Source of the DNA: Campylobacterota bacterium
GTDB taxonomy: Bacteria > Babelota > Babeliae > Babelales > RVW-14
Assembly (NCBI GenBank): GCA_020633995.1
Contig: JACKCO010000003.1
Span: 585,503-649,502 of the forward strand
DNA length: 64,000 bases
Direction: 5' to 3'
Under the pieces are notes generated by a model. The model searched no databases, was not told the origin of the DNA, and saw only the letters and a list, made by a program, of their open reading frames with translations. Made by a program: the position numbers and the translations under genes. How positions within the stretch are numbered: the stretch's first letter is position 1; each line of letters opens with the position of its first letter. Of this stretch, positions 1 through 9,296 are shown one piece after another.

Positions 1-2
1 TA

Positions 3-668
3 GGAGAAGGGCATCCAGAGTTATTTAATAATCTGGGCTTGCTTCATTTTGCAAATAAATCGTTTGATACGGCTGAGTATTGTTTTAATCAAGCGCTTCG
101 TCTTAAACCAACGTATAGCAGAACGCTTTTGCATCTTGCTGAGTTGTATCACCAGAAAGATAACCTTGAGCAGGCCTATGAGTACCTTGAGCGGGCACTT
201 GTGGGTGACAGGCAAGATGAGGAGATGTATTACCTACATGGTTGGACGTGCAATGACCTTGGTAAACACGACAAAGCTATTGCAAGTCTTTTGCGTGTTC
301 CTAAAAATTACCGTCAAACGCAATTTTTGCTTGGCTGTGCATATTATCAAAAGCGTGACTACAAAAGTGCAGCGAGCCATTTTGACAATGCCTACAAACG
401 TGATTCAAGTAATACAACATATGCTTATAACTACGCTCAGGCACTTTTGAACCTGCATCGATACGATCAAGCATTGCCTCTTTTTAAACAGTGTAGTAAT
501 CTTGAGGGCCAGTTGCCTTATATTCCTTTGCATATTGCGCGATGTGAGTATGAGCTTGGGCACAAGCAAGAGTGCAAAAATGTGATTGACCAACTCATTG
601 CTCGAACACCGCACGAATGGATACGCAAAGACGCGCAGACATTCAAGCAGGAAAAAAAGTTGGCATAA
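3..668 (+). CDS. TPR repeat protein, 5' end outside window
   Basis: Frame is open from the window edge. Repeated 34-aa TPR-like units (AEYCFNQALRLKP, LEQAYEYLERAL, YYQKRDYKSAASHFDNAYKRD). Confidence 0.75.
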   Translation, partial: GEGHPELFNNLGLLHFANKSFDTAEYCFNQALRLKPTYSRTLLHLAELYHQKDNLEQAYEYLERALVGDRQDEEMYYLHGWTCNDLGKHDKAIASLLRVPKNYRQTQFLLGCAYYQKRDYKSAASHFDNAYKRDSSNTTYAYNYAQALLNLHRYDQALPLFKQCSNLEGQLPYIPLHIARCEYELGHKQECKNVIDQLIARTPHEWIRKDAQTFKQEKKLA

Positions 669-704
669 AAATAACGCATTAAAAATTTTTATAGCTTAGT
701 GTTG

Positions 705-736
705 GATAGCCTCCCGAAAATGGGAGGCTATCTTTA
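705..736 (+). terminator. Rho-independent terminator after the TPR gene
   Basis: Perfect 11-bp stem gatagcctccc / gggaggctatc with a gaaaa loop, then ttta. Confidence 0.6.
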
Positions 737-761
737 ATCGAAGAAACAGAAGGAACAGAAG

Positions 762-1772
762 ATGCTGCAAGAACTTACTGCATGGCCTGATAAACTGCAA
801 GCCGGACAAGATTTGGCATATACTTTTTTTCGTTCGTATCAAAAAAAAATGCCAAAAGATGTTACCAAGGTAGTCTTTGTTGGTATGGGCGGGTCGGGCA
901 TTGTTGGTCGCATAGCAAAGACGTTTCTTGATCGATCAACTAATATTATTTCTACAGTGCTTGATGGGAGCAAGTTTCCTGGTTGGGTTGATGATCAGAC
1001 GTTTGCTATCGTTATGTCTTACTCAGGCAATACTTGGGAGACAAATCAGTTGTTTGATCAGTTGCTAAAACGCTCAGTTCCTTGTGTTGTTCTTGCTCAT
1101 GGTGGGGTGCTTGAACAAAAATCTGCTGAATATGATATTCCATTTGCTTTGCTGCCAGCGTCACTAACTCCTCGTTCCGCATTGGGCAATTTTCTCGGTT
1201 TTGTTATGGAGCTATTTGATTTGATGGGTGTTCTTCCGGGTAAGGCATATCTTCAGGCATTTAAAAGTCATGCAGCTCAATTGATTCCAAAATTTTCTAA
1301 AAGACATTTTTTTGATGATTTTTTACCAATAGTTGAACACTATGATATTTTTCAGGTGTGGGGTGTGACTGGTGATAGTGATGTTGCAGCCTATCGAGCT
1401 CAAACACAGTTCAATGAAAATGCCAAGGTTTTAGCGTTGCATGCAAGCTTTCCAGAGCTTGCTCACAATGTACTGGAGGGGTTTTCAGGGCTGCGAGAGA
1501 AGGCTTTTGTAATTTTTGCCCATACGCAGTTTTTACCAGACAACTTGTCAGTGGCGGTAAAAGCAGTTGATAAGGTTTTGCAACAAAAGGGTTCGGTACT
1601 TTACAAAGTGCCTATTTTGGGGGATACTTTTGAGAAGCAGTTTTATAATATAATCTTGTGGTCCGACTTTGCTTCTATCTATTTGGGGCAGCTGAAAAAC
1701 CTTGATGTGGTCAGCGTACCGACGATAGAATCTTTTAAAAAAGAGCAGAAGCAACAAGGTGTAAATATTTGA
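762..1772 (+). CDS. SIS-domain bifunctional phosphoglucose/phosphomannose isomerase family protein
   Basis: VVFVGMGGSGIVGRIA and SYSGNTWET motifs are typical of SIS-type PGI/PMI. RBS-like aaggaaca lies upstream of the ATG. Confidence 0.7.
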   Translation: MLQELTAWPDKLQAGQDLAYTFFRSYQKKMPKDVTKVVFVGMGGSGIVGRIAKTFLDRSTNIISTVLDGSKFPGWVDDQTFAIVMSYSGNTWETNQLFDQLLKRSVPCVVLAHGGVLEQKSAEYDIPFALLPASLTPRSALGNFLGFVMELFDLMGVLPGKAYLQAFKSHAAQLIPKFSKRHFFDDFLPIVEHYDIFQVWGVTGDSDVAAYRAQTQFNENAKVLALHASFPELAHNVLEGFSGLREKAFVIFAHTQFLPDNLSVAVKAVDKVLQQKGSVLYKVPILGDTFEKQFYNIILWSDFASIYLGQLKNLDVVSVPTIESFKKEQKQQGVNI

Positions 1773-1782
1773 GGTTTAAAAC

Positions 1783-1986
1783 ATGAAAAATCAAATACAT
1801 CCAGAAGTACACGAAATAGATGCTCGTTGTGTATGTGGAAACTCGTTTGCAACGATTTCGACATCTTCTCGTTTGGAAATTGACATTTGTTCAGCGTGCC
1901 ATCCGTTCTTTACAGGTCAGCAAAAGTTTGTTGATACTGCAGGACGTATTGAGAAGTTCCAGCGTCGCTACGCAACAAAAAAATAA
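1783..1986 (+). CDS. rpmE: 50S ribosomal protein L31
   Basis: MKNQIHPE...CxC...CSACHPFFTGQQKFVDTAGRIEKFQRRY is the classic L31 sequence with its Cys motif. Confidence 0.95.
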   Translation: MKNQIHPEVHEIDARCVCGNSFATISTSSRLEIDICSACHPFFTGQQKFVDTAGRIEKFQRRYATKK

Positions 1987-2026
1987 TTATACGTTTTGGA
2001 CTTAATGGGGGTTTTCTTGTTTGTAT

Positions 2027-2070
2027 GCTGAGCATACTGATGACAGTTGTGGCTCAGCTTATTTTCTTTT
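2027..2070 (+). terminator. Possible terminator after rpmE
   Basis: 7-bp stem gctgagc/gctcagc with a large loop, followed by a T-rich tract. Confidence 0.35.
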
Positions 2071-2097
2071 ATCCACCCGAAATACTAAAAAAGTACA

Positions 2098-3180
2098 ATG
2101 ACAAAGTTATCAACATTTTCTGTTGATTGGGATCAATTGACAGCTCAGCATGAGTTGCTGTTGCAAAGGCTTGCAGATCCGGGGCTTGATGCTCGGGAAC
2201 GTGTTGGGGTACAGAAAAAAGAATCAGCGCTTTCGTCGTTGCTGGAACTGTACAAGCAAATAGTCGGTCTTGAAAATGATCTGGCTGAAAATAGAAAGCA
2301 CCTTGAGCATGAGCAGGGTGAGCTGTTGGAGCTTTATCAAGAGGAAGTCACACAGGCGGAACAGCAGCTTGAGCCTCTGTACAAAGAGTTGGAGGATCTG
2401 TTGTATCCAGCCGACGAGCATGATGACAATTCGGTGTTTCTCGAAATTCGTGCGGGAGCAGGGGGACAAGAGGCAGCACTATTTGCGACTGATTTGTTTA
2501 GAATGTACAGTAACTATGCATTGGCAAAGGGTTGGACTGTCAGCATTGTGGAGTCCAACGTCACAGATATTGGCGGCTATAAAGAGCTTGTTGTACACAT
2601 CAAGGGCAAAAAAGTATTCAAACATATGAAATTTGAATCAGGGGTTCACCGTGTTCAGCGTGTACCCAAGACTGAAACTGCTGGCCGTGTTCATACCTCA
2701 ACTGTAACGGTTGCTGTAATGCCAGAGGTGGAAGATGTTGAGGTTTCAATTTCGCCAAATGATTTACGTATTGACACCTATCGCTCAAGTGGCGCCGGTG
2801 GACAACACGTAAATACCACTGACTCGGCAATTCGCATTACCCACATACCCTCCGGGCTTGTGGTTACCTGCCAAGATGAGCGTTCTCAAACAAAAAACAA
2901 ATCAAAGGCGATGAAGGTTTTGCAAGCACGCTTATATGAGTTTGAACGTGAAAAACAAGAAGCTGAAATGAGTGCAAATCGTAAGCAGCAGGTAGGCTCT
3001 GGTGATCGTTCAGAAAAAATTAGAACATATAACTATCCACAAAATCGGGTGACTGATCATCGCATTAATTTGACGCTTAAAAAGCTTGATATCATTATGG
3101 AAGGTGATCTTGATGAGATCATCGCCGGCTTGCTTGACTGGGAAATGGCTCAGCGACGGGCTAAGGGTATTGAGTTGTGA
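2098..3180 (+). CDS. prfA: Peptide chain release factor 1
   Basis: GGQ motif ([23 protein letters not shown]) and an RF1-type PxT tripeptide ([17 protein letters not shown]). Ends in TGA. Confidence 0.95.
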   Translation: MTKLSTFSVDWDQLTAQHELLLQRLADPGLDARERVGVQKKESALSSLLELYKQIVGLENDLAENRKHLEHEQGELLELYQEEVTQAEQQLEPLYKELEDLLYPADEHDDNSVFLEIRAGAGGQEAALFATDLFRMYSNYALAKGWTVSIVESNVTDIGGYKELVVHIKGKKVFKHMKFESGVHRVQRVPKTETAGRVHTSTVTVAVMPEVEDVEVSISPNDLRIDTYRSSGAGGQHVNTTDSAIRITHIPSGLVVTCQDERSQTKNKSKAMKVLQARLYEFEREKQEAEMSANRKQQVGSGDRSEKIRTYNYPQNRVTDHRINLTLKKLDIIMEGDLDEIIAGLLDWEMAQRRAKGIEL

Positions 3181-3199
3181 TAGCTTGTGAGTGGAGGCT

Positions 3200-4267
3200 A
3201 TGGATAAAAAGAATATAGCAGTGCTTGTCTCGGGGGGTGTTGACAGTTCTGTCGCACTTGCGTTACTTAAAAAACAGGGACATTCTCTTACTGCTTATTA
3301 CCTTAAAATTTGGCTTGAAGATGAGCTTGCCTACCTTGGTGACTGCCCGTGGGAGCAGGACCTTGCCTATGTTCGGCAGGTGTGCGAACAACTTGATGTG
3401 CCATTGCGTGTTGTTAACTTGCAAGAAGAGTATTGGCAACATGTGGTACAGTACACTGTTGATCAGGTAAAAATTGGAAATACACCAAGCCCTGATTTGT
3501 TGTGTAACCAACGCATCAAGTTTGGCTGTTTTGTTGACTATGTAGGTGATGAGTTTGATGCTATTGCCACCGGTCACTACGCGCAACTTGAGGCCCATGG
3601 TGATTTGGTGACGCTCAAAAAAGCGTGTGATCCCGTTAAAGATCAAACCTATTTTCTTTCGGCCTTGAGCCAAGATCAGCTTAAACGGCTCATATTTCCC
3701 ATCGGCCACTTACCTAAGGCACAGGTGCGTGAGTTGGCTAAAGAATTTAATCTGCCTAACCAAACACGTAAAGATAGCTATGGTATTTGCTTTCTTGGCA
3801 AAATTAAGTTTAGCGAATTTGTAAAACACCATCTTGGCGAGCAACAAGGTGAATTGCGTGAGTACGAGACCGACAACGTCTTGGGAATGCATAACGGTTT
3901 TTGGTTTTACACCATTGGCCAACGCAAGGGTATTGGCCTGTCTGGTGGTCCATGGTTTGTTGTCGCCAAAGATACGAAAAAAAATATTGTTTATATCTCA
4001 AATCAATATTACTCGCCTGAAAAACGACGCAATGAGTTTACTGTTGCAGCGCCATATTGGATTGCAGGGATCAAGCCAAGTGTCGATGATGCTGTGCAGG
4101 TAAAGGTTCGCCATGGCGAAAGTGTGTATGCTTGCACGCTTGACTGGAAGGCTGATGGTGGTATGGCTGTTCACCTTGAGCAGGACGACCAGGGGTTAGC
4201 TCCGGGGCAATTTGCAGTTTTTTATCAGGACAATGTTTGTCTTGGATCTGGCGTTATCTCTTCATAA
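3200..4267 (+). CDS. mnmA: tRNA 2-thiouridine(34) synthase MnmA
   Basis: PP-loop VLVSGGVDSSVALALL and conserved MnmA blocks (DQTYFL, GICF). I prefer ATG 3200, which follows RBS gtggagg, over the track's GTG at 3191. Confidence 0.9.
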   Translation: MDKKNIAVLVSGGVDSSVALALLKKQGHSLTAYYLKIWLEDELAYLGDCPWEQDLAYVRQVCEQLDVPLRVVNLQEEYWQHVVQYTVDQVKIGNTPSPDLLCNQRIKFGCFVDYVGDEFDAIATGHYAQLEAHGDLVTLKKACDPVKDQTYFLSALSQDQLKRLIFPIGHLPKAQVRELAKEFNLPNQTRKDSYGICFLGKIKFSEFVKHHLGEQQGELREYETDNVLGMHNGFWFYTIGQRKGIGLSGGPWFVVAKDTKKNIVYISNQYYSPEKRRNEFTVAAPYWIAGIKPSVDDAVQVKVRHGESVYACTLDWKADGGMAVHLEQDDQGLAPGQFAVFYQDNVCLGSGVISS

Positions 4268-4367
4268 AATTCCTCTTTTTTCTCGACACTTGAGCCTCTT
4301 TATTCTTTTTTTTTACACTACTGAGTAGCTGTAATCAGATTAAGGTTGTTGCTCGGGGGGAGAAGAC

Positions 4368-5393
4368 ATGGGGTGTCGATTAGCTCTTTTATTGGGCTTA
4401 TGTGTTGCTGTTATATCGTGTTACGCTGCTGAACACAGTGGTGGATCTGTTGGTTTGAATGCTGCAAATTGTATTGATGCATTGAATGCTGCAATTGCTG
4501 GAAATGATATTGGGCAGGTTAGAACCATTTTGGCGATAATAGACCAGCAGGAGTTGATTGGTTGTGAGCATGCGCTTGCATGTAGAGCAATACGTGAAAA
4601 GCGTTTTTTTGATATTGAGAGATTATTCAATCGTCTCAGTGGGTTCATTAACCAAGTGCCGGTTGATAAAAATGGCCTTACGCCACTTGATTGGGCTTTG
4701 TACGTTGGCAACCCAGAAATAATTAGGCTTATTACCTACGACAAGCGTGCAGGGTACCGGCTACTGCTTCATCAAGCCTATAAATATCGTTATCTAGCGG
4801 CGGCAAAAAAACTTATTGTGCTTGGAGCAAATGCTGAACAATGTGATGGTCTTGGACGTAATGTGTTGCATGCACTTGCCTTGAGCGAGGGTGAATCATG
4901 TTGGGGTGACTTGAATTACCTGCATGATGTTTGCTTTCGATATCACAGGCTACAGAGAAAGAGATTTAGCGTTTTTGAGCATTTGATGGGATTGCCATCA
5001 ATACTTGATCTTGTCGATATTGCTATGGCAGGAGGCGTACGGATTAATGTGGTCGATAGACAGGGGAAAAATCCCTTACATTTTGCTGTTTGGTCTGGCG
5101 ATTTGGGCATGGTAGAAATATTGCTCAAAGAGTACGGCGCACGAGCTCGTAGCTACGATTTTTTTGGTTATTCTCCCTTGCATTATGCTGCCGCTCGTGG
5201 GCAAAACGGAATTGCTGCATTGTTGCTTGACGAGCAATGTAATGAATTTGAAAAAGACGAAGAAGGTAAGACGGCTTTGTACTGGATGTTAAAGTTTAAA
5301 AATCAAGCTGCTATTAGGCATGTTATAGCAGCGTACGGTTTGATGCGAAGGGAGTCTGATGAAGAAGTTACTGATGATGCTGTTGCTGAGTAG
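4368..5393 (+). CDS. Ankyrin-repeat protein with signal peptide
   Basis: N-terminal MGCRLALLLGLCVAVISCYAAE. ANK units include GKNPLHFAVWSGDLGMVEILLKEYGA and GYSPLHYAAARGQNGIAALLL. Confidence 0.85.
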   Translation: MGCRLALLLGLCVAVISCYAAEHSGGSVGLNAANCIDALNAAIAGNDIGQVRTILAIIDQQELIGCEHALACRAIREKRFFDIERLFNRLSGFINQVPVDKNGLTPLDWALYVGNPEIIRLITYDKRAGYRLLLHQAYKYRYLAAAKKLIVLGANAEQCDGLGRNVLHALALSEGESCWGDLNYLHDVCFRYHRLQRKRFSVFEHLMGLPSILDLVDIAMAGGVRINVVDRQGKNPLHFAVWSGDLGMVEILLKEYGARARSYDFFGYSPLHYAAARGQNGIAALLLDEQCNEFEKDEEGKTALYWMLKFKNQAAIRHVIAAYGLMRRESDEEVTDDAVAE

Positions 5394-6213
5394 TGTCAGT
5401 TTAGCGTTACATGCAATGTCTCGTGAAAGGCCAAGGATTTATGATGGTCGTTTGGGCAAAACTATGCAGTTGCACAAGTTAGCAGCAGCAGGCGAGGAAG
5501 AGGTAGTTTTTCACTTGCTTGTGCAGGAAGGTGAGTGTCCAAATTATCCTGACGAGTACGGTCTATCACCCCTGCATATTGCGATACAGCACGACCAAAC
5601 ACTGATAGCTGCATATTTGATGCAGTATGGCGGAGATATCAACGCTCGGGATAATACGCTTAGAACTCCGTTGCATGAGGCCGTTTATTATGAACGGCAT
5701 GATGTGGTAGAAGCTTTGCTGCAAATACGCTGGATTGATATTAATGCGCAAGATGGTTGGGGCCAGACGCCAATACATGAAGCTTCTGATTTAGATGATC
5801 CCACAATGTTTGGCATGCTTGTTAAAGCTGGGGCGGCGTGTAATGTTGTCGATACCAATGGCTTTACGCCTTTGCATCGGGCGGCGAATTTTGGATGTCT
5901 GGAAATAGTTACGTATTTGGTCATTTGTACAGACCTGGATATTAACCAGCAAGACAATACTGGCTGGACTCCACTGCACTGGGCTGTTATGGGTGGCGAT
6001 CTTGAAATTATTGAAGTATTGCTTCGTTACGGTGCTGATCGAAGCATTACAAATCAACAGGGGCAGACACCCCGACAGTTAGCATTAGATTTTTGTTTTG
6101 ATGAAGAGGCGGCGGCCTTGTTCGAGCAAATTAAGGAGCCGGATAGGATTGAAGGGCGGGAGATTACGGGAGATATTTATTCAAATGTTGCTTCTGTTGG
6201 TTTGATCAGATAA
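5359..6213 (+). CDS. Ankyrin-repeat protein with signal peptide
   Basis: MKKLLMMLLLSSVSLALHA signal. There are at least 5 canonical ANK units (GLSPLHIAIQHDQ..., RTPLHEAVYYERHDVVEALL, GFTPLHRAANFGCLEIVTYLV, GWTPLHWAVMGGDLEIIEVLLRYGAD). Overlaps the upstream ANK gene by 35 nt. Confidence 0.9.
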   Translation: MKKLLMMLLLSSVSLALHAMSRERPRIYDGRLGKTMQLHKLAAAGEEEVVFHLLVQEGECPNYPDEYGLSPLHIAIQHDQTLIAAYLMQYGGDINARDNTLRTPLHEAVYYERHDVVEALLQIRWIDINAQDGWGQTPIHEASDLDDPTMFGMLVKAGAACNVVDTNGFTPLHRAANFGCLEIVTYLVICTDLDINQQDNTGWTPLHWAVMGGDLEIIEVLLRYGADRSITNQQGQTPRQLALDFCFDEEAAALFEQIKEPDRIEGREITGDIYSNVASVGLIR

Positions 6214-6257
6214 CCTAGGTGGTCAATAGTGTTACATAGTCATCATATGGGAGAGTC

Positions 6258-6893
6258 ATGAAGTATATGGTATCTTGTAGTCTTATTTTTGTATTTTTTG
6301 TGAGTGTTGCGCATGGAGCTGAGGGGGGTGGACAAGGTCAGGCTGATGCACCAAGGAAAAGAAGCGCTTCGTTAAGAGACTTAGTTTTAAAAAAAAGTCA
6401 TTCAGGGGGAAGTCTTGGTGATACAGAGCAGGAACAATATGAAAGGTTATCTACAGAATCACCCACTGATGTTGATTTTAAACCGGGTGATGTTGGAGAT
6501 ACCGCTTTGATTATGTCTGTAAAAAAGGGAAGTAGGAGTTTGAGCGCAACAAATTTATTGCTTACTCATAATGCTAATCCTAATGTGGTCGATAATCAAA
6601 AGATGTCGGTATTGCATCATGCCTTAAGGAATAAAGATCGACAGCATTTTAACCTGTTGGTGACTAAGATGTCTTTGGGAAGTCTCAATGGTTTGGATAG
6701 CAGTGGCCTAGCTCCTTTGCACTATGCTATTTTGTGGGGTGATTTAGATGTTGTTGCAAAGTTATTAGAGAAAGGCGTAAACAAGATGCTTTTGACAGAA
6801 GCGGGACAGACTCCTTTGCAGCTTGTACAAAGCGCTGGTCATGATACTAAAACAAGTGTTATTCTTGCTGAGATGTTAAAACCTGAAAACTAG
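6258..6893 (+). CDS. Ankyrin-repeat protein with signal peptide
   Basis: MKYMVSCSLIFVFFVSVAHGAE signal. ANK units GDTALIMSVKKG...LLLTHNANPN and GLAPLHYAILWGDLDVVAKLLEKGVN. Confidence 0.85.
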   Translation: MKYMVSCSLIFVFFVSVAHGAEGGGQGQADAPRKRSASLRDLVLKKSHSGGSLGDTEQEQYERLSTESPTDVDFKPGDVGDTALIMSVKKGSRSLSATNLLLTHNANPNVVDNQKMSVLHHALRNKDRQHFNLLVTKMSLGSLNGLDSSGLAPLHYAILWGDLDVVAKLLEKGVNKMLLTEAGQTPLQLVQSAGHDTKTSVILAEMLKPEN

Positions 6894-6919
6894 AAAAGAT
6901 AGAAGGGTAAATCACGCAA

Positions 6920-7408
6920 ATGGTAGCTGCTATTATGTTCTTTTTTTTGGACCTTGTAGCATTTATATTTTTTGAAGGCTGGTATGTGCATGCATTACTA
7001 GCCTACTTTTTTTTACAGTTGTTGGAAGGCTCAGACGAGTTTTGGTATGTTGCCCGCCTTGCTGGCATATTGCTGCTTCTTCTCGTGCAGGATAGCCTAC
7101 GATTTGCCCATTTTGGTTTGAGTCTGAGCTACCTAATTCCCCTAGCACTGCTTGCTTGGTATGGTAGGCAGATAGTCTTGTACGCCCCTTGGAGCTTGAT
7201 ACATCTGCTTGTGCCGTGTGCTGTGCTAGCGGATAGCCTTTTCTTGCATCCTAAAAGTGTGCTTTCAAATGGCATTTTTTATTTGTCAATTCAGAAAATT
7301 TTTATTACTCTAATGGTAGGATATATGATTCTTTTGGGTACGCGGGGTAGTCGCTTTTTAGCTCATATTTGGGCCAAAAAGAGGAAAGTCTGGACTCCTT
7401 ACAGATAG
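6920..7408 (+). CDS. Polytopic membrane protein, unassigned (MreD-like size and topology only)
   Basis: About 5 hydrophobic segments and no recognisable motif. The last ~45 nt run into rnpB. Confidence 0.5.
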   Translation: MVAAIMFFFLDLVAFIFFEGWYVHALLAYFFLQLLEGSDEFWYVARLAGILLLLLVQDSLRFAHFGLSLSYLIPLALLAWYGRQIVLYAPWSLIHLLVPCAVLADSLFLHPKSVLSNGIFYLSIQKIFITLMVGYMILLGTRGSRFLAHIWAKKRKVWTPYR

Positions 7409-7734
7409 GATGCCTTGTTAGACAGGCTTCAGGTCGTCAAGCAAGGGGGGCGTGAGCCTATGGAAAGTGCCACAGAAAGCTATACCGCCAGAGAGGGTTA
7501 CCTTTTCTGGTAAGGGTGAAAACGTGCGGTAAGAGCGCACGAACAGCAGCGGCAATGTTGCTGTTGGGAAAACCCCATTCGGAGCAAGACAAAGTAGGCA
7601 GGTTGTTACGGGTTGATCTGTTCCCAATACCTGCGGGTATGTCGCATAGATAAATGATTGCCACTTGTTGTCAAAAGCCTTAGGCTAATGGCAATAAGTA
7701 CAAAATCCAGCTTACAAGTGTGCCCAAAACATAT
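7364..7734 (+). ncRNA. rnpB: RNase P RNA, bacterial type A (ends approximate)
   Basis: Universal conserved regions are present: GAGGAAAGTCTGGACTCC (CR-I), GGTAAGGGTGAAAACGTGCGGTAAGAGCGCAC (CR-IV) and ACAAAATCCAGCTTAC (CR-V). A P1-like pairing joins tttgggc (7368-7374) to gcccaaa (7722-7728). Confidence 0.9.
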
Positions 7735-7748
7735 ATCGAGAATATCTC

Positions 7749-8474
7749 ATGAGTGTGTGGTTTATTAGGTTATTAAACCTTCATTTTTGGTTAATACCAT
7801 TCTTTTTTTTCTTGTTCGGCTATACAGCTTCCTATTTTTACTTTCAGCGACAAGAGGTGCGTACGCCCAACGTGATAGGCAAGAATATCTATCACGCTCT
7901 ACTTTTGGCCCAAAAGAGTCGCTTAGGTCTTCGCTTAGCCGCTGAACGTGAAGATAGTGTTTTGCCAGAGGGAACAGTTCTTGATCAGGTGCCACGACCA
8001 TCGTTAGCCTCTCGTGTCAATCAGGACATATTTTTGACCGTATCAAAACGACCAAGCTTTGAGCAGGTGCCCGATTTTTGGGGGCAAGAATACAAGCAAA
8101 TACGCTCATACACTCGGAAAAATGATGTTTCACTTAAAGTTATCCATGTTCAGAGTAAGTATCCCAATGGTACCTGTATTGCGCAATATCCCTTGCCAGG
8201 TATGTCGCTGCAGGAAAAGAAAATGGCCGTCTGTTTGTCAGTGGGCACCGCCCCAATGCACATTGTGCCGGATGTACGTGGTATGGAGATAGAACGTGTT
8301 GCAGCAAGCCTGCGCAGTTTTGGTGTGCAATTTGAAAAGGTGCATACAGAGCCTGTTGAGCAACAGCATGAGTGTCATGAGTGTGTGGTTTTAGAACAAT
8401 TTCCTCTGCCTGGCTCAGTAGTTGACCGTAGCAAGGGGGCATTTATGCAGTTGCAAATCAAGAAAATAGTGTGA
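7749..8474 (+). CDS. Membrane-anchored protein with three PASTA-like domains and no kinase or PBP domain
   Basis: An N-terminal TM is followed by three units with the PASTA pattern (V)P(N/D)hxG...EGTVxxQxPxxG...hxLxVS, for example TPNVIGKNIYHALLLAQKSRLGL...PEGTVLDQVPRP...IFLTVSK. Confidence 0.7.
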   Translation: MSVWFIRLLNLHFWLIPFFFFLFGYTASYFYFQRQEVRTPNVIGKNIYHALLLAQKSRLGLRLAAEREDSVLPEGTVLDQVPRPSLASRVNQDIFLTVSKRPSFEQVPDFWGQEYKQIRSYTRKNDVSLKVIHVQSKYPNGTCIAQYPLPGMSLQEKKMAVCLSVGTAPMHIVPDVRGMEIERVAASLRSFGVQFEKVHTEPVEQQHECHECVVLEQFPLPGSVVDRSKGAFMQLQIKKIV

Positions 8475-8582
8475 AAAGCTTTTGACTTTGTACAAGAATG
8501 AATTATTATTGAAGTTCTCTCTTTTTACATGTTAAAGAGGTGTATGTGGCTATTTTTAGTAACAATTTTGAGGACTTAGTAC

Positions 8583-9269
8583 ATGAGTAATCACGGGCAT
8601 AATCATCACGATCAACTTTTAGAGCATCATCATGGTGTATTGGACGAAATAATCTGCCATTTCCCGTATGCAATTTTTTCAGTAGCATTCGCTATGATAG
8701 CGCTTAGCTTGCTGGCATATACAACTGATGATCAGCTTAATTCGTACATAACATTCACGCATCGATTGTTCCACAATTTTCACTTTCTACACTTGTTATT
8801 TGCAGCAACCGGAACGGTTTTAGCGTTAAGGCGATTCTCAAAAAATATAGTGTTAGATGTTCTCTTTGGCTTCTTGATTCCGGCATTTTTTTGTACAGTG
8901 TCAGATGCGATTATGCCGTACCTTGGGGGCAAGCTCATCAACCTTGACATGCATTTTCATTGGTGTTTTATCAGTGAATTACAAACGGTACTACCGTTTT
9001 TGTTTGTAGGGATTATAAATGGTATTGTGATGAGTAATCATTCCAAGAATCATCAGCTTGTTTATTCTGTTGGGTTTCATTTTGTGCATATTTTTGTCAG
9101 TTCTATGGCATCAATGTGTTACCTTGTTAGCTTTGGTTTCTATCAATGGTGGGATAGAATGGCATTTGTCTTCTTGTTTTTAATCGGTGCTGTTCTTATT
9201 CCGTGTACACTTGCAGATATCGTTGTTCCTGCCATTGTTTCTAAGGCAAAACGTTCTTTTAAGTCTTAA
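8583..9269 (+). CDS. Polytopic membrane protein with a His-rich N-terminus (possible metal transporter)
   Basis: MSNHGHNHHDQLLEHHHG followed by about 6 TM segments carrying intramembrane His clusters (HNFHFLH, HFHWCF, HFVHIF). RBS gagga. Confidence 0.6.
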   Translation: MSNHGHNHHDQLLEHHHGVLDEIICHFPYAIFSVAFAMIALSLLAYTTDDQLNSYITFTHRLFHNFHFLHLLFAATGTVLALRRFSKNIVLDVLFGFLIPAFFCTVSDAIMPYLGGKLINLDMHFHWCFISELQTVLPFLFVGIINGIVMSNHSKNHQLVYSVGFHFVHIFVSSMASMCYLVSFGFYQWWDRMAFVFLFLIGAVLIPCTLADIVVPAIVSKAKRSFKS

Positions 9270-9296
9270 GCTAGGGTTTTTAAGAGGTGAGCTTGG

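Noticed and set aside
7418-7664. Two minus-strand ORFs (69 and 68 aa) in the ORF track
   Set aside because: They lie entirely antisense to the RNase P RNA gene, have no RBS or recognisable motif, and are explained by the structured, GC-richer RNA sequence.
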